Of a stretch of DNA of 15,570 nt, positions 13,918-15,570 are shown in pieces. Below the pieces are notes generated by a model. It did no database searches, was not told the DNA's origin, and saw only the letters and a program-made list of their open reading frames with translations. The stretch lies in sequence record MZ666939.1; one strand, given 5' to 3'. How positions within the stretch are numbered: position 1 is the first letter of the stretch; each line of letters opens with the position of its first letter. Made by a program: the position numbers and the translations under genes.

Positions 13918-14318
13918 TTGAAATACGCGATAAAAACTTTAGCAAAAATTATTCTAACGGTTGTCGTCATTCCAAAAATCTAAATACTCTATTTGATATT
14001 AGTAATAGCGGTGTAGATTATTATAACGATCATAACATTGGATTTGAGTTTAAAGAAAGTTTTATGGAAAATCCTAAAAATATTTTTTTTAAAGTACCAA
14101 GGTACCAGGCCAAAATTTCAGATTATTTTGTTTTTTGTGTAAGTGCCATAGAATATATTTTAGTCCCAAAAGAATATATTTTAGAAAGATTTAAATTTAA
14201 AACTAAAAGGAAAAACGCTAATATCCGAATTACTACAATTCGAGATATGGCAATATATACTACTATTGATGTAAACGATTTGAAAGAATATATCGATAAA
14301 ATAGAGGTGAAAGGCTAA
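13914..14318 (+). CDS. PD-(D/E)xK-type nuclease-like protein (TTG start)
   Basis: GVDYY...IGFEFKES motif; GGAGG SD. Confidence 0.6.
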   Translation: MIEIRDKNFSKNYSNGCRHSKNLNTLFDISNSGVDYYNDHNIGFEFKESFMENPKNIFFKVPRYQAKISDYFVFCVSAIEYILVPKEYILERFKFKTKRKNANIRITTIRDMAIYTTIDVNDLKEYIDKIEVKG

Positions 14319-14319
14319 T

Positions 14320-14517
14320 TTGATTCAAATAATCGATAAAAGAGAGGGAAAATATTCAATTAAGAATGTTGATTCTAGTTTTATGATTAAATATAACGGT
14401 GAGATTTACGCTTTAAAAGATTTGGAAGTTATAGGTTTAAAGATTAGTGCTGTGGTTCTTAAAGATAATGAGACGGATTTAATATATAAGCGAGTGATAA
14501 AACCTGAAATCGATTAA
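14320..14517 (+). CDS. Small beta-rich hypothetical protein (TTG start)
   Basis: GAGGTGA SD. Confidence 0.7.
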   Translation: MIQIIDKREGKYSIKNVDSSFMIKYNGEIYALKDLEVIGLKISAVVLKDNETDLIYKRVIKPEID

Positions 14518-14545
14518 TTTTACAGTTAAGAAAAGAGAATTGATA

Positions 14546-14881
14546 ATGGGATTAAAAAAGCAAACTATTAGATGTTTATTTATTCCTACTTATGAGGTTG
14601 GGGAAATCGTTAAGATTAATTTTAAGAAAAAACTATTGTTTCACGCCAAAATAGAAAGGATTTATCCTAAATTAATGAAAGATATTACTGAAAAAGAAGC
14701 TATTTTAGATGGCTTTTCAAACCTTTTAGATTGTCAAAAAAAATTGTTAGAACTTAATAAAATTAAATCTTTAAATCGATATTGTTTTATCGTTGGTTTT
14801 GAACCAATATCAACGCTAATAGACTTTATAGATGAGAAATCTAATATTCTTGATGTTAATAGCTATTGGATTAAGGAGTAG
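14546..14881 (+). CDS. ASCH/PUA-like domain protein (start ATG 14546 or TTG 14540)
   Basis: KKQTIR...YEVGEIV...DITEKEAILDGFSN...IVGF pattern. Confidence 0.8.
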   Translation: MGLKKQTIRCLFIPTYEVGEIVKINFKKKLLFHAKIERIYPKLMKDITEKEAILDGFSNLLDCQKKLLELNKIKSLNRYCFIVGFEPISTLIDFIDEKSNILDVNSYWIKE

Positions 14882-14887
14882 ATTAAG

Positions 14888-15025
14888 GTGAATGAAAGAA
14901 TTGAGTGTTTAGATTGCCCTTGTTATATGTATTGCACTATGGATTCTTGTATTGATGATATTGATTTAAATGAAAATGATTACAAAAATATGGAGATTAT
15001 TGATTATTTTGAGCGAAAAATATAA
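14888..15025 (+). CDS. Cys-rich acidic microprotein, 45 aa (CxxCxCxxxCxxxxC), GTG start, not in ORF track
   Basis: MNERIECLDCPCYMYCTMDSCIDDIDLNENDYKNMEIIDYFERKI; GGAG SD 9 nt upstream. Confidence 0.65.
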   Translation: MNERIECLDCPCYMYCTMDSCIDDIDLNENDYKNMEIIDYFERKI

Positions 15026-15063
15026 AAACGAATAAGTCAAAATTTAGAATCTTGAGTTGGTGA

Positions 15064-15180
15064 ATGACGATTAAGATTGTTAGATTCTTTAGAATCTTAT
15101 TTACCAAAAAGAGATTAATGAAAAATAAGAAATTACAATATTTATTTAATAGAATGTTTGAGAGAAATAAAAAGGAGTAA
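15064..15180 (+). CDS. Very basic 38-aa peptide, not in ORF track
   Basis: MTIKIVRFFRILFTKKRLMKNKKLQYLFNRMFERNKKE; its end carries the SD for the next gene; its own SD spacing is poor. Confidence 0.45.
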   Translation: MTIKIVRFFRILFTKKRLMKNKKLQYLFNRMFERNKKE

Positions 15181-15186
15181 ATTAAG

Positions 15187-15510
15187 ATGTTAGCTAAAAT
15201 TACCAAAACATCAAATCAAATCGATTTTATTTTTGAGTGTAATTTTACTAATTTTTTAAAGAGGTTGCAGTTAAATCTTGCTCTCTTAAAAGAAAGGAAA
15301 GAAGTAAAAAGGATTATTCCTTTATTCTTGTATCCTATTAAGAGATTTGACATACAGAAAAGCGAAAACTCTCTTTTCTTAGTTAGCATAATACAGCGTA
15401 CCCCGTACCGTATCACCTCCGACCTAATCTGCAGATTAGGTATTATAGCAAAATGGTTTCTTTTGTTCTGTTATTGTTCTGGTTTGAATAATCATATTAC
15501 AAAAGCCTAA
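15187..15510 (+). CDS. Hypothetical protein; 3' third overlaps palindrome/repeat DNA
   Basis: AAGGAG SD 9 nt upstream of the ATG. Confidence 0.55.
   Translation: MLAKITKTSNQIDFIFECNFTNFLKRLQLNLALLKERKEVKRIIPLFLYPIKRFDIQKSENSLFLVSIIQRTPYRITSDLICRLGIIAKWFLLFCYCSGLNNHITKA
15422..15441. repeat. Perfect 20-bp palindrome ACCTAATCTGCAGATTAGGT
   Basis: Read directly; 10+10 self-complementary. Confidence 0.95.
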
Positions 15511-15524
15511 GACCTTAACCTTTA

Positions 15525-15570
15525 TGTTCCGTTCTGGTTTTGTTCTGTTCTGTTTTGTTCTGTTCTGTTT
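15525..15570. repeat. Pentamer tandem array, including (TGTTC TGTTC TGTTT)x2 at 15541-15570
   Basis: Six consecutive TGTTY units preceded by TGTTC CGTTC TGGTTT; more GTTCTG copies at 15465-15485. Confidence 0.9.

Larger units (their letters stand above)
1..15570 (+). mobile_element. Spindle-shaped archaeal virus genome (fusellovirus/His1/wyrdvirus-like morphogenetic module), probably circular and near complete
   Basis: Tandem two-helix hydrophobic capsid paralogs, a large sequon-rich membrane-anchored protein, small TM proteins and a Zot-like ATPase in one block. SD motifs GGTGA/GGAGG, TFB-like gene and TATA-like boxes fit an archaeal host. All credible ORFs are on one strand. Confidence 0.88.

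Noticed and set aside
14997-15206. Minus-strand hydrophobic 69-aa ORF
   Set aside because: F/L/I-rich composition is expected from the antisense of A-rich + strand genes occupying the same interval.
15216-15416. Minus-strand 66-aa ORF as a confident gene
   Set aside because: It is nested antisense to 15187..15510, and its GTG start is inside the SD-like motif. Kept only as a low-level finding.
1-15570. Terminal inverted repeats (linear protein-primed genome) or terminal direct repeat
   Set aside because: The first bases (CCCCCCCACTAT) match neither the last bases nor their reverse complement, and no PolB is present. Circularity therefore remains inferred, not shown.
1-15570. tRNA, rRNA or attP-type tRNA fragment
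   Set aside because: No cloverleaf or T-loop (GTTCRA) context found; the GTTC motifs are pentamer repeats.

Overview
This AT-rich window (GC below about 30% by eye) looks like a complete or near-complete genome of a small spindle (lemon)-shaped archaeal virus. About 41 ORFs are packed head-to-tail on the + strand. About 12 of them are short genes missing from the supplied ORF track, which I translated by hand. From 200 to 4378 is an 'early-like' block of tiny HTH, RHH and Zn-finger genes, punctuated by three copies of a ~75-bp repeat (oligo-T, hairpin, SD, ATG). From 4524 to 10667 is the virion module: two paralogous hydrophobic-hairpin major capsid proteins, a 973-aa sequon-rich adhesin-like protein, several small membrane proteins and a Zot/inovirus-pI-like P-loop ATPase. 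From 10728 to 15510 is an accessory/replication block: an AEP primase-polymerase-like protein with a TYW3-like N-terminus, a Methyltransf_24-like SAM methyltransferase, a TFB/TFIIB-like protein lacking the Zn ribbon, a PD-(D/E)xK nuclease and an ASCH protein. The two window ends join into one iteron- and palindrome-rich region that is a candidate origin of a circular genome. I found no integrase, family B polymerase, HK97 capsid, CRISPR array or tRNA. The gene set resembles the wyrdvirus-type spindle viruses described for Asgard (Loki) archaea. That assignment is from recall and needs a database search, and the genome may already be deposited. The most notable observations are the ribbon-less viral TFB, the structured triple repeat that supplies start sites to different cargo genes, the junction origin candidate, the TYW3-like/AEP-like fusion and near-total GATC avoidance. 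All family calls are motif recognition by eye, not search results.
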